A DNA stretch of 64,000 nucleotides from Takakia lepidozioides (lineage: Eukaryota; Plantae; Bryophyta): contig CM060731.1 of assembly GCA_030704615.1 (NCBI GenBank), positions 59,954,001 through 60,018,000 of the forward strand, written 5' to 3'. The position numbers were made by a program, and so were the translations under genes. How positions within the stretch are numbered: the first letter of the stretch is position 1; the number at the start of each line of letters is the position of its first letter. This document shows positions 25,801 through 38,520 of the stretch, piece by piece. A model generated the notes under the pieces. The model ran no database searches, had not been told where the DNA came from, and saw only the letters and a program-made list of their open reading frames with translations.

Positions 25801-27193
25801 TAACCGTCTGCCATTAGAATTCAGCTCGTCCTCACCAAAAGGCCCAATGATATCATCCTGATGGAGCCCTTTGCCCACCCGGGCATTGAAGTCACCCAAT
25901 AGCACTACCTGACCTTTGGCAAGGAACGCAGCACAGTCCAGCTTTACATCTTCGAAGGCTTTGTCTGCGTCAGCACTAAGGGTCCCCTCTGTGGGCATGT
26001 AAACACAACCCACAAAGAGGTCCTTCGTACTCATGCCGCCCTTCAGATTCAGTTTTAGCCAGATACTATGCTCGTACCTCAAACCCTTGTTGATAATTTC
26101 ACAATTATCAAACAAGAAATCACGGACAAAGAATCCAACCCCTTTTTGACCGCGTTTGGCAGAGGCTGCCTTGAGAGTACACATCCTACCTGCCCATTTA
26201 TAACCATTGACATCTCCAACCAGTTTATCCGACGTTTCCCATGTTTCTTGCCCAGCACAGATATGAATATCATTAGTCCGAAGGACTTGTCCCACTTCGA
26301 GTTGTTTCCTTTGGTTAGTAAGCCCTGAGAAGTTGAAAGTGGCAAGCCGCAAGCCAGCCCTTTGCATGTGAATTGTTTGTCATCTAGGTAGCTTGTGATT
26401 GCTCCTGGACGGCCAACCATTCTGCAAAGGGGGGACAGTTACCCCATGTGTAGATTTTGCTCGTCTTGTGTAAACTTTGAGAATTGGTAAACCATTCAGG
26501 GTACCAAATCCTTCAGTTACACGACGCACAGGCTCCGCACATTTAGGGGCATATTGTCCGTCAGACTGCTTGGGGACAATTACCCCGTGTATAGATTTTG
26601 CTCGTCTTGTGTAGACTTTGAGGATTGGTAAACCATTTAGAGTACCAAATCCTTCAGTTACACGACGTTCAGGCTCTGCACACTTAGGGACAGATTGTCC
26701 ATCTATGGCTTGGGGACAATTACCCCGTGTATAGAATTTGTTCGTCTTGTGTAAACCTTGAGGATTGGTAAACCATTCAGAGTACCAAATCCTTCAGATT
26801 CAGGACGTTCAGGTTCTGTACACTTAGGGGCATCTTGTCCTTCTGGCTGTTTGGATTCAACCTCATCCAGAGCATCAAACCGATTAGAAACTCTCAAGTT
26901 GAAGTCCTTGCCCTTGGTTGCCTTCCGAGAGCGCCCCATTGAATCACCAATGTCTAAGACCGCTCTCCAGCCAGTCAAGGGACGAACTTCTTTGAGATTG
27001 AATTGATGTGGGACTCTATTAGAAGCACTTTTGGTCATTGCAACCTTCAACGTACCCCTGTTATCAAGTCTCGAGATGGAACCATTAGCCATGAAATCCA
27101 AGCCTAAGCTAGAGAATGTAGTCACAGAGACATTAATGTACTCCCGTATCAAGTCCACCCAATGGCAATAGGCTTCCTAGAGGACAGGGAGAG
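22802..27193 (-). mobile_element. Non-LTR retrotransposon (APE endonuclease - RT - CCHC knuckle; RTE/RTEX-like), frameshifted
   Basis: APE motifs (AGQETW, LLGDFNARVG, IVDYII, SDHFLV), RT motifs (YRGITLL, LDVKKAYD, QGCTLSPLLF, FADD) and CPLC-x8-H-x4-C. Flanked by a perfect 17-bp TSD aacatcaatgtgtaaga (22785-22801, 27194-27210). The empty site is in copy A at about 13507-13523. Confidence 0.95.
26431..26852 (-). repeat. Three ~141-bp (47-codon) tandem repeats in the LINE 5' coding region
   Basis: Units start at about 26431, 26572 and 26712 (ggggacaattacccc...) and encode EGFGTLNGLPILKVYTRR. Confidence 0.9.
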
Positions 27194-29471
27194 AACATCA
27201 ATGTGTAAGAGAGATTGATTGAGGATTTCTCTCTGGGTGCTATTTGCTGCAGGGTTAAGGCCAACACCTGCACAGGCGACCATTGTGAGCTGGGTTAGTC
27301 TGATTTGCTTTTTCTTCTCCTGATGATCACACGGTAGATAGGGGAATCTGGTATTCCAGCCAGTTCATTAGGGGGCATTGTTCCATGGTAATCATGCTAG
27401 TATCTTTTGGGATATTACAATGTAGTCGAGTTTGGTTGAAGACTGCTCAATTTTCACCATGAGAGAACATGCTTCTTGTATCCTCAGGAGGCTGAAAGGG
27501 CCCAATGGCCACAATAGTACCACAAAAAACATACAGTAGGAATGACAAGCAGGAAAAGAGAAAAGGAGAAAATGATTCTTCATCAAAAGGCCCAGTAAGA
27601 GCTTCTGTTGCGTTGTGGCAGTAGACCCCCAGGTCAAGTGGAGCTAAATTTGAGAGGAGAGGGAAGAAGGGCTCCCCCATTTGCAGAGGATTAGGTGTCA
27701 GGATTGACTATTCTTGATATGATGCATGCACAGGTCCTAATGGATGGGATGCAACACATAGGAAAGCTGGTGTGCAGCAGCATGGGGGCTTGCATGGATT
27801 CTGAGCCAAAGCGATGGCGTATCTTTGGTAAAAGCCAATACACCTACATATTTTGCGGGAGTATGTCTAGAAAAGGAAAACTGTTCTCTCTCTTTGAATG
27901 ATGCCCCCATGAGAAGAAATCTACCCTGAAGGAGACTGTGGGGAAGTATTTGGTTGCCCCACAGCAATGGTGGACTGATAGACATTTGGCTAGGATTTGG
28001 CTAGAAGTGTGGCACTTTCCAAGCAACAAATTAGGCTAACAGGGCCTTGGGTGGTATTCAATTGCTTGTGGGTGGGTATGGGAAACAGCGGATGTTATGT
28101 ATGACATAGGTGCAGGACTAGAGGTTGTGTCGCCAATGTGCCCTCAGCATTTTCTACCTGTTGCTGGCATGGCCAACCTTGCAAAGGTACTTCTTGTGTC
28201 TATCTGTGCCTCCCTTCCTTCAGGCTTCCTCTGCTTTTGTTTGCCTCTTCTTTAACCTAAAGGTGATTGTTGACAAGTGGAACTGTTTCAGGGGATGGCA
28301 CTGGTTTCCGCAAGGGCAACGAGGCTGCCAGTATATTCATCTTTTGTCAAAGAAGGCAACCTGAGTGATTTATATGCTAAGGGAGAAGCAATCTCAACAC
28401 TGTCTAATGTACTGGGGCTCGGTGTTGGAATTCATCTTGCTTCTAACTTTGGTGCTTCCATCCAAGGAAAGGTATGTAGCTCTCTGCCTCTCTTCTTGTT
28501 GTTCCTGTTGGCAGTGTTCAAAAGAACCATCCTCGAGGTCCTCATGAAACTTTTTCCAAACCTCTTTGCTCAGAGGCGATTTACTGTGTTGATGTGGCAG
28601 TTGTTATTGGCACCTCTGCTTTCAGCCATCCATTTGTACAGTGTGACACAGGAGATGCGGGCAGCTCCTATCAATACACTCAATGCACAGCGCACTGCCA
28701 TGCTCGTGGCTGACTTCATGAAGGTCTCTCTTTCTCTCTTCTGGAGGTTCTCCACTTTTATGTAGCTCCGGCGCTTTGAGTTTCTCTCAGGTTTTACAGT
28801 AACTCAAGTGATTCCATGTCCATATTACGCATGTATTTATTTGCGTGAGAGAGGGGGAGTATTGACAGATGACAATTGTGGTTGCATGGTGCATGTGGAG
28901 GATCTGCAGACTGGCTCTGTTTCGCGGCCTGTTGAACTCCGGTCCAGAGAGCGTCTGATATTGCCGGTCGGACTGCACCAGGATGCTGGAAATGTACAAG
29001 TCGGCGTCCCTCTATGCAGAGCCATTGGTACACCTACAAAACTTGCTAAGGTTAAACAGAGGTTCCAGAATGAACAGTTTTTGATGAGCTTTGGGGAGAA
29101 GTCAACCGACCTGGTGTTACACCAATTAGCAACAGGGGCGGATGCTGTCCGTGGTTGGTTGTTGGCTGCCCACGTTGGGAGACTAAGCAAGGATATAGAG
29201 CACTTGAGTGGCCGTGAGGGAGCCTACGGAGCGGTCTTAGAGCAAGCATACAAGGAGACAGAGACACACCTGCCAGCTCTTCTTCTGGGACTGAGAGAGC
29301 ATGGTTGGCACACCCATTTATTCCTGGAAGGATCTGGGGTGCGAGCAGTATGGTGATTCACTAGGTTAGATTCAAAGCCATTGCGGGTGCAGCATTGGTG
29401 TGAGAATTCTCTTGCGCCCCCCCCTCCCCAGCCCTTCCCCCCCTGCCTCCGTCCTTCCCTGTAGTTTATGC

Positions 29472-31348
29472 ATATATCCTTGTGGGGAATGCACTCATGA
29501 GCATGTACGCAAAGTGTGGGAGGGTGGTGACTTCCCGCCAAGTGTTTGACCAAATGCCTCAACGAGATGTGGTCTCATGGACTGGAGGATATGCTCAACA
29601 AGGGCTTGGTCAAGATGCATTTGAACTCTTTTGGAAAATGCAGCAAGAACGTGTGATCCCAAACAGGGTCGCCTTTTGTAGTATCCTCAAGGCATGCACA
29701 GCTATGGAACAGGGCAAGCAGGTCCATGCATACATCATGCAAGCAGGATATGAGTCAGATGTTCTTGTGGGAAATGCCCTTGTCAGCATGTATGCCAGGT
29801 GTGGGAGCATGGAGGATGCATGTCGACAGTTCGAAAAAATACCTGAAAAGAATGTGGTCTCGTGGAATGCAATGATCGCAGGATGTGCTTACCAAGGGCA
29901 TCATGTAGAAGCATTTGAACTATTCTCAAAAATGAAACAAGTGAGCATGAAGCCAAATAAGATCACATTCATGAGCATCCTCAACACCTGTACTAGCCCC
30001 TCAGCGGTGGTGCAGAGCAAGCAGATCCATGCTCACATAATTGGATTGGAGACAGATGTCGCTGTGGGAAATGCCCTTGTCAGCATGTACGCCAAGTGTG
30101 GGAGGGTTTTGAGTGCGCTACAAGTTTTCCACAAAATGCCTCATCGAGATGTTGTTTCATGGACTACCATAGTGGACATGTATTGCAAGTGTGGAAGTTT
30201 GGTGGATGAACGCCAAGTGTTTGACAGAATGCCTGGTAACAATGTGGTATCATGGACTGTGATGATTGGAGGATACGCTCAGCATGGTCATGGGGTGGAG
30301 GCTGTTAAACTCTTCTGGAAAATGCAACTACAAGGTGTGCAGCCAAACAAGATAACTTTTAGGAGCATCCGCAACGCATGTGCAAGCCTGGCAGCTGTAA
30401 AAGAGGACAAGCAGATCCACTCCAAAATTATCAAGGCTGGTAGATGCCCTAATTCACATGTATGCCAAGAGTGGAAGCGTTGTGGTGCACGCCAAGTGTT
30501 TGACAAATTATCTAAAAGGGATGTGGTGTCATGGACTGCGATGATCTTGGGATATTCTCAGCAAGGGCATGGCAAAGATGCTCTGCAACTTTTCAAAGTG
30601 ATGCAACAGCAAGGGGTGAAGCCAAATGATGTTACACTCCTTGCAGTTCTGTCTGCATGCAGCCATATGGGCCTAGTAGATGAAGGACAACACTATTTCC
30701 ATTCTATGAGTAGAGATTATGGAATTATTCAAACAGGAAAATATTTGGCTGCATGGTTGACCTTGTGGGGAGCTTTACTTGGTGCCTGCAGAATACATGG
30801 CAATGTGAAGCTAGCAGAGCGTGCTGCAGAATGTTGTCTCAAATTGGAACCACAAACTGCTGCAGTTTATGTACTGCTAGCAAATATTTATGCTGCGGCT
30901 GGTAGGTGGGATGATAGAGCAAAGGTGATAAGAATTATGGACGACAGAGGTGTGCAAAAGGAGCAAGGACGCAGCTGGATAGAGGTCAAGAATCAGCTAC
31001 ATGTATTTGTTGCAGAAGATACATCACATTCGCAAACCAATAAGATCTATACGGAGTTGGAAAGATTGATATGTGCCTGACACGTCCGTTGTGTTACATG
31101 ATATGGATCAGCAGAAAAAGCTATGGTCGGTCTGCCACCACAGTGAAAGGCTGGCCATTGTTTTTGGGCTCATCAGTACGCCATCTGGGACAACCATTCG
31201 CATCATCAAGAACCTCCGGATCTGTGGTGACTGTCACACTGCCACCAAGTTCATCTCCAAGATTGTTGGACGAGAAATCATCATAAGGGATGCCAATCGC
31301 TTTCATCAGTTCAAGAATGGGGTATGTTCTTGTGGGGATTACTGGTGA
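29472..31348 (+). pseudogene. Pseudogenised duplicate of the first DYW-PPR gene
   Basis: Colinear with 1296-3309 but 5'-truncated, with several deletions, loss of the S2 motif and a frameshift near 31070 that detaches the DYW domain (HSERLA...DYW). Confidence 0.93.
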
Positions 31349-34166
31349 TGCTAAATGAAACAAGTGACAAATTGTCTACCCTTTTGCTGGGCATGATTAT
31401 GATGTTCATGTGTAAGTAATGAAGTATTTGTCTCAGAATCCTGAGGCTCTGAAGCAAAAGCCTGGTTCCAGTTCAGAGTTTCGAAAGTGGAAGCACAGAA
31501 GAAGCTTGTTAAAGGACTTGTGTGCTTAAGAGAGTGAAAGAGAAGAATCGTTAGATTATGTTTCCAGTTACAAACCATTCTAACTACGTAGAGACGGCGG
31601 GATTTTGGCCGAGCAAATGGTGATGATGCGAGTGGCCAAGATCTTGGTGTGAGGCACTAATTATGCAGGCTCATGTTTCAGTGGAATCAGGACAGGCGCT
31701 TTCAACTTTCAAGAGTGGTAATTGACTGAGATTGCTCATTTTGGAGCACCTACTGGTTTGCTATCACCTCAAACCAACCATGCTGGGGCAATGGCTGGGA
31801 ACAGTGGAGGCATTCAAAAGATGTTGTCTCTCAATTAACTTCTCTCTGACATCTTTGGCATGTACGGTTTTGATCTTCGTCCTGTATGATACTGATCTGA
31901 GGGCAGATCTGTTAATCCGAAGTGGGCAGTATTTGTCCAAAAATGTTTTCTGAGTGTCTGAATCTGACGGCATGTAGAACTCCAGGGTCCATTAGGTCAC
32001 AGATTAAGTCACTGTTGAGAAGGTTGGAGGTGGTCATGTGCTGAAAGCAACACAGTTGGGTCATGTATCTTTAGCACCAGTTTATCCTCTTTCCACATTC
32101 CAATCATGAATCTGCTCAGCTCCACCTTTGGCAATGACATCTCTCTTGAACTAGCAACCTCTGGCAATAAAGCAAGTGCACTTACGAGCTCGATAAAAGA
32201 AAGAACCTTTATGACATCCTTGGAAAGCTCAAAGAATACAAGAAAGAATGTGGGTCTCTCAACATGCGGCTCAAAAATAGCTAATCAACTTAAAGGATAC
32301 TCGAAGGTGAAGAGTTTCAGATGCAGTCATACTGCAAACATTTCTGGTAGTCAGGGAGAGACCCAAAGTGAGGAAAGAGATATTTATCACGTCTGTGGGA
32401 TTCCTAAAGGGCCAAAAGGAGTAGAACAACAAACAAAGAACCACAGAAGGATAATGTAGCCCACAGAGAGCCATAGAAGCACTCAAGAACTACGCACTGC
32501 TAAAGTTAGCTATGAAAGACTCTTGAGGGCAACATCGCCAAAACCCTCCGGGAGAGTGGGGTCTATCAACCCTCTATGATACGGAACCAACCCCAGAGAG
32601 CCTGTTTACAGCTGATGGCAATCCAGTCACAGATAATTGAGTTTGGTTTAAGAGCTGGCATGATGTCATGCTACAAGAGCAATGTTGAGTCTGACACTAT
32701 AGCTCCATATTCAACAATAAGTACCAATGTAGCCATGATTTAGCCCATCACACGGTCCTTTAAAAAAGACAATGAGAATGTACTCAGTCTCTCAGGCTTG
32801 GTCCATTTTCCCCTTGCAGTGACAACCACACATTCATGCCTTCATGTAATTCTCCTCTTCGCAAGTCTGGTATTGTTAATTACATTCTCAGTCTTTCTCC
32901 ATGGGCCCCTGGCGCCCCCTGTGGACATTCTCCTTATTCCTATCTATCCAAGATAGCCTTCCAGTACGAGGATCAGACATGCTTAGCAACATACCTATCT
33001 GGGCCAGTGACTCTCTTAGACAATCCCTTGTTTATGGTCTGCTTGGGGGGGCACTCTCTTTCTTGTTTCATGCTATCTCTATTCCCACAAGCTCTTTGAG
33101 TCATTATGAACCATCGTTTCATTTCCTTCTCCTAGTATTCACCTCTTGTACACTCAATGTGACTGACAATGTGAAATCTGTAGCTCTGGAGCTACAACCA
33201 CAGTGCTGGAATCAAAATTGTGTTTGTTGACATGAATTCTCTATCACTCAGACTTACAATACTCGATTTCCTGTGGATTGTACTTCGTTGTGCACTAGCA
33301 TATGCGAATCAGATGTTCCACTCAATGATTATATTGCTCACAGATGCAATGGTTTATGCTGTGACTCGGCACCATTGCATTCTTGAGATGTGGATACAGC
33401 ATTGCAGCAACACCACCACTGTGGGAGGCCGGCAAGCTTCCCGCGAGTAGGAAATGGATGAATAGAGTGAGCGATGTGGGGAATCATCCAACGTTTCACT
33501 CCCAACGAGTACAACAGAGTAATAAATGGTTATTTAACTCTGATCTGATTGTTTTTTCGCGGGCAGGTGTGCGAGTAGCTGTCACCTCCGTCACGTCAAC
33601 CGACCGCTCTCTCTCCCGCTTCCACACTCCACTGCTGCTCAGGTGCTGCTCTAGGTTTCTGAGCCTGTGATCTCACCAACGCTTGTGCACCCTCAATCTC
33701 TTCGTCCTCCTTCAATCGGGGTAAGTTATGCCTCTTGGATTTGGAGTCTCCAAGTTGCGTCGGTGACAGCCGTAATGTAGGACTGGTTGGTCTCAGAGAG
33801 AAGGAAAACAGATTTCTAAGTGCACATGTTTGGTGCTGTGGATGTTATTAGAGAACTCTGCACCACCGGTTGTCTCTGACCAGCGGTGTAGCCCTTTCCT
33901 GCTTTCTCTGTTACACCCTCTTCTCACAAAATCCAGGGTGAGAGGGTACTGGCTAGGGGATGGTGAGATCCGGATGTCGAGAATGCACTCTTGATCTACG
34001 ATGCAGAGCCCGTCAACAGTAGCACAATAGACGGTTTCCAAAGTATTGAACGAATATTGAACTTCAACCCGAACATGCATCGACGCTCTCTGATACAGAC
34101 CCACTGACTTTTCGTTCGATTTTTTAGTTTATTTCACACATGTAATTGAAAGTAGCGGTAAAGGAG

Positions 34167-35066
34167 CCTGGAAATGAAACGAGGTAAGTGGGTCACATGA
34201 GGAGGACGTCACACACAATCAGGACACAATCTCTGGGAGGCTTTCCGGTGGTTGGATTTCTTTTTCTTTGGAGAGACAGACCCTTGAATGATACTGTTTT
34301 TGTTAGTTTCCTACTTTCCAATGTGAAACTAGGTGCTTACTAAGATGCCACCAGAAGAATTAGCATTGGGAAGAATACTCCACAGAGGGAAGTCACACAG
34401 TCTAGCTAAGGGGGTTTATGGGGTGGCATTGACGTCATACCAAATGAGCTGGATTGCAGCATTGCTGGACTATAGTTTTCGACTAATGAGCTTCAGCAAA
34501 GACACAAAGAGAGAGTTTTAGAAACTGTGACACATACTAACGTTGCCCAGGGTGAGAGCCCGGTGAGAGGGTACTGGAGGGGATGGTGAGATCCGGATTT
34601 CTGTTTCCTTGGGGAGACAGACCCACTGCCACTGTTTTGTTTGATCTTCTAGTTTATTTGACACATGTTAAAATGATCCTGGAAATGAAATGGGGTAAGA
34701 GGGACATTCACACACAATCAGGACACAATCTCTGGGAGGCTTCAGGGTGGTTGGAACTTGGATTTCTTTTTCTTTGGAGAGACAGACCCTTGAAAAATAC
34801 TGTTTTTGTTTGATTTCCTACTTTCCATTGTGAAACTAGGTGTCCAGGCTCGGTAAGTTGCCACCAGAAGAATTAGCATTGGGAAGAATACCCACAGAGG
34901 GAAGAGGATCACGCTCACACAGTCTAGAGGGGGCTTATGGGGTGGCATTGACATCATACCCCAGGAGCTGGATTGCAGCACTGCTGGACTATAGTTTGCG
35001 ACTAATGAGGTTCAGCAAAGACACAAAGAGAGAGGTTTGAAACTATGAAAAATACTAACGTTGCCC
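34167..35066 (+). repeat. Direct duplication of about 385 bp (34167-34548 and 34678-35066)
   Basis: Both copies share cacacaatcaggacacaatctctgggaggcttt...gacacaaagagagag...atactaacgttgccc. The motif ggtgagagggtactgg recurs at about 33937 and 34562. Confidence 0.85.
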
Positions 35067-36554
35067 TACCGGTGCAGGAAGCCAGACACAGAAATGGCAA
35101 CCAACAACGACGGGAAGCCTGCAGACACAGCTATGCAGGCAACCAACAATGACGGGAAGCTAGACACATCAATGGAAACCAACAATGTGGCCCCCCCTGC
35201 CGCTCTGCAACCTCCGGACCATGAGGGACCCTACACTGTCTCGTTTTCTTTGTCTGTCCTAAGTACAACAAACAGCACAATTGGTTTGAATCTCAGAAAC
35301 TGGATGGTCGTGCAGATGAGAGAGACCCTTGCAATTACAGCTTACTCAATCCAGCCCTTTTCACCCCCCTACTATATTTTTGAAATGGTCAGAGCGGAGC
35401 GAAGTGGTTCTTCACTGCCCTTACCAATTACAGAGGAACCACTTAGCAGCCCACAGCCATGTTTATTCTTGGGAATGCTGACTGATCTGATACTGTTAGC
35501 GTGATTTAATGCATGTACGTTGTGTGTTCGTGTGAGTCTGAGAGGTTCTAATGCATGTGGACTGTATGCTCGTGTGAGAGGTTCTAATCCGCCATGACGT
35601 AAACAATCATCTCACACTGGATCGATCGGGGGAATGGGACAGGACCACGTCGGAGGCAGCCGTTTATGCGGATAAGTATCCGTTTATGCGGATAAGTATC
35701 GCAAGTACGAGAGTGAGTTCAGGCGCCGAATCAGCCATCTCTATTTCTCGGACAAACCGGCCAACTCTGGTTAGTTCTTCACCTCTGTTCCTCTCTCACA
35801 ATTCCATAACCTAAGTAATGCTTCTAATACTTTTATCAAGCATGTCAAGCTCTTCAAACAAGCCTTTAGTATTGCACTAATCATATTCCTTCACTCACTG
35901 CAAACAAATGTTAAATAGGTCAGACAGAGAGAAGAGAGAGGGGACTCCGACCGCACGTTTCCTTTTGTGGGTAAGGGCCTTTGGGTGTGGGGTGGAGGAA
36001 CATAGACAAAGAAATGAAAACGCTAAGGAAAATGTTATATAGGTGGACAAAATTTTAGGTCTTAGTGTACGAGGAGGGTTGTTGCCAATCCACTTGCAAC
36101 TACTGACTCCGAATATTGGAACAAACTTGGTACTGATTGCAGCACAACCACTCTTTGCTGGTATTACCATCCACGAAAGCAAGTAAGCACGAATATCTCC
36201 GACCTTATGTTTTGCTTTTGTCAGCTAATTTGTTTTTTTTAATTATTGTGATAACTCTTTTTGGACAATTTAAAACCAGAGTTGTATTCTATCATTATAA
36301 GTTTTCCTTTTGTCAATCATATTAGTTCATAGTATTAAACGAAGCTTTTTGTTTTGAAGTCACTTATGAAAAGATCTCTTCCACATTTGGAACATAATTG
36401 AATTTGCTAAAGGTGTATCCAAGTATAGCAACTATTTAAAGGAACTATATATATATATATATATGTGATTAAGGTTAAACATTCTATTATTAAGGATTAA
36501 ATATATATGGTTAAGGATTCTAACTAAAATAAAATTTGTATTATTTGGTGGTAT

Positions 36555-38520
36555 ATAGGAAACCAGCTTTTGAGAAACACTTGGCACAGTCTCCCGAATG
36601 TGCGACATAGGATCAATGCAAACATTCCTTGAGGAATCGAGCAAGCGGCAAAACAAAAAATGCATCACACCAAAATCGACATCAGACTGAGCAACCTCTT
36701 CATCGAGGACTTTCTAGTGAGAATGTGTTTTCAGTGTTTTGTTTTGTTTCGTTTCATCGTTGGGATCTCTCAAACCGCAAGGCCTTATGCATGTGAACTT
36801 TATATATATATATATATATATGATACAAGTTGAAATACAAAAATTATAAGAAAAAAATTATATTTATTAAGCTAAGATATTATACACATTACACAATCCA
36901 ATAGATAGTGACTTGGTTAGAGAATAATAACAGCTCACTAATGATTGTGGGTTCAAAACCACATATGTATTGGATGCATAAAGATCTATACGTCCTTCAC
37001 ATTGAAAGATAGTGACACCATAACTACGCTTGTTTCGGTAATAATCCACATATATTTGTCAAGACCCTACACTAAAATTAGTTAGGATTGAGATGAAAGA
37101 GAAAAGACCAGCCACAATAGGTGGATCTATCCCAAATGAAGGTGGACACTTTTATAACACCAATCGGAGTATTAAACTTAGAACCATTTCCGAGGTGATA
37201 TGTGCGTATTACCACTCGGCTATAACGTCGTTGTCAAAAATGACGAGACAATATGTGCTCGAATAGTACGTACCACACTAGTCAATATATGAAGCAAGGC
37301 GGTTTGTTTGTTTTGTTTTGTTTTGTAGCGTTGAGATGTCCAAACCCAGGGTGCTTGAATACATGAATACCACTTGAATACCACTTGGATACATAAATAC
37401 CATTTGAATACCCCTTGGATACATGAATAGAAGCTTGCACTTGGACTTAGATGGGCCTCAACATAGGAGACGCACTTGGCTACATAGGAAATGGCACTTG
37501 GTCTTATATTTCAATTCTTCACACATGGGCCAACTTAACGGCGCTACACTAGATGTTGCACTTGGGCCCCAACATATGAGACACGCTAGGATACTTAGAA
37601 AATCTTACACTTGGGCTTAGATGACAGTGGACACTTGGGCCAACGGCACAAGCTACTCTAGAGGTCGCATTTGGGCCTCGACATATGAGACGCACTTGGA
37701 TACATAGATTGTTTGCTTGTTTTGTTTGTAGCGTTGAGATGTCACAAACCGCGGGGCCTAGCCCTAGTGCTTGGTACCGTTGGAAAGCCCTCGATGAGAA
37801 GGGGTGATGAGAAGGGGTGCACCAACGTGGTGTCATAATTTTTGGACCTGCGGTGTGCGAGATATGGAATTTCAAGTACTTTTGGTCGTTGAAAATTCAC
37901 GAAAAATAGCAAAGTGGGCTTTCCTAGAATAATGATTGGTTGTATTATAATTTTGTTTGCTTAAATTCTTCACACATGGGCCTTGACTAGGGGACGCACT
38001 TGGATACATAAGTGATTGCACTTGGACTTAGATGACAGTGGGCACTTGGGCCAATGGCACAAGCTACCCTTGTTGTATCTAAAATATGGATTTTTAACTA
38101 TAGTTCTGTTTTGGAAAAAATGGAACACCTAACTTAGAGCAACTACTTATCATACCCCTTCATTTTATTATTTATTTTTTAAATAAGTACCCACTGGTGA
38201 ACCACATTTGCTGACAACTCAGACCCCTTAATGATAATGTAAAAGGAAAAAATAACCACAGTTGGTAACTTTTGGGAGGATAAATGTTTTGGGACCTACA
38301 CCTCAGACAGATACAATTTATCTAGAAATAATGTATTGATGTAACCGATAGTTCTCAAAATTTCAAAGAACAGTTGGGAAAGTACGGAACCATGGGTATT
38401 TAATTAAGGTAAAAATAACTGATCAAATATCCCTTCAAAGGTCTTGGAAATTATCAAAATTTTATTCTATACAGTGTAATATGATTTGTGGATGATATAT
38501 TCTATAACAATCATATATTA
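36555..38520 (+). repeat. AT-rich dispersed repeat, homologous to about 45780-48200
   Basis: Blocks 36555-36700, 36965-37280 and 38075-38520 recur in the same order at 45858-46170, 47360-47655 and 47660-48200. Includes (TA)n at 36801-36821. Confidence 0.8.

Larger units (their letters stand above)
20994..29356 (+). pseudogene. RUS2: RUS2-like copy B, 5'-truncated, with a LINE in intron 3. Exons 20994-21070 (partial), 22164-22252, 22407-22491, ~27238-27295 (acceptor deleted), 27734-27827, 28089-28186, 28292-28471, 28601-28723, 28910-29356
   Basis: Same exons as copy A plus the 3' exons (MRAAPINTLNAQRTAMLVADFMK; DAGNVQVG...ATGADAVRGWLLAA...GWHTHLFLEGSGVRAVW*). The ATG region is replaced by a 3.5-kb insertion, and a 12-bp deletion removes the exon-4 acceptor. 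Confidence 0.88.
11124..33452 (+). repeat. Tandem segmental duplication: unit A about 11124-17225, unit B about 17299-33412, trace of a third unit 33411-33452
   Basis: Colinear matches 11124-11263/17299-17536, RUS2 exons and introns, 15002-17225/31146-33412, and 11487-11515/33411-33452. Confidence 0.9.
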
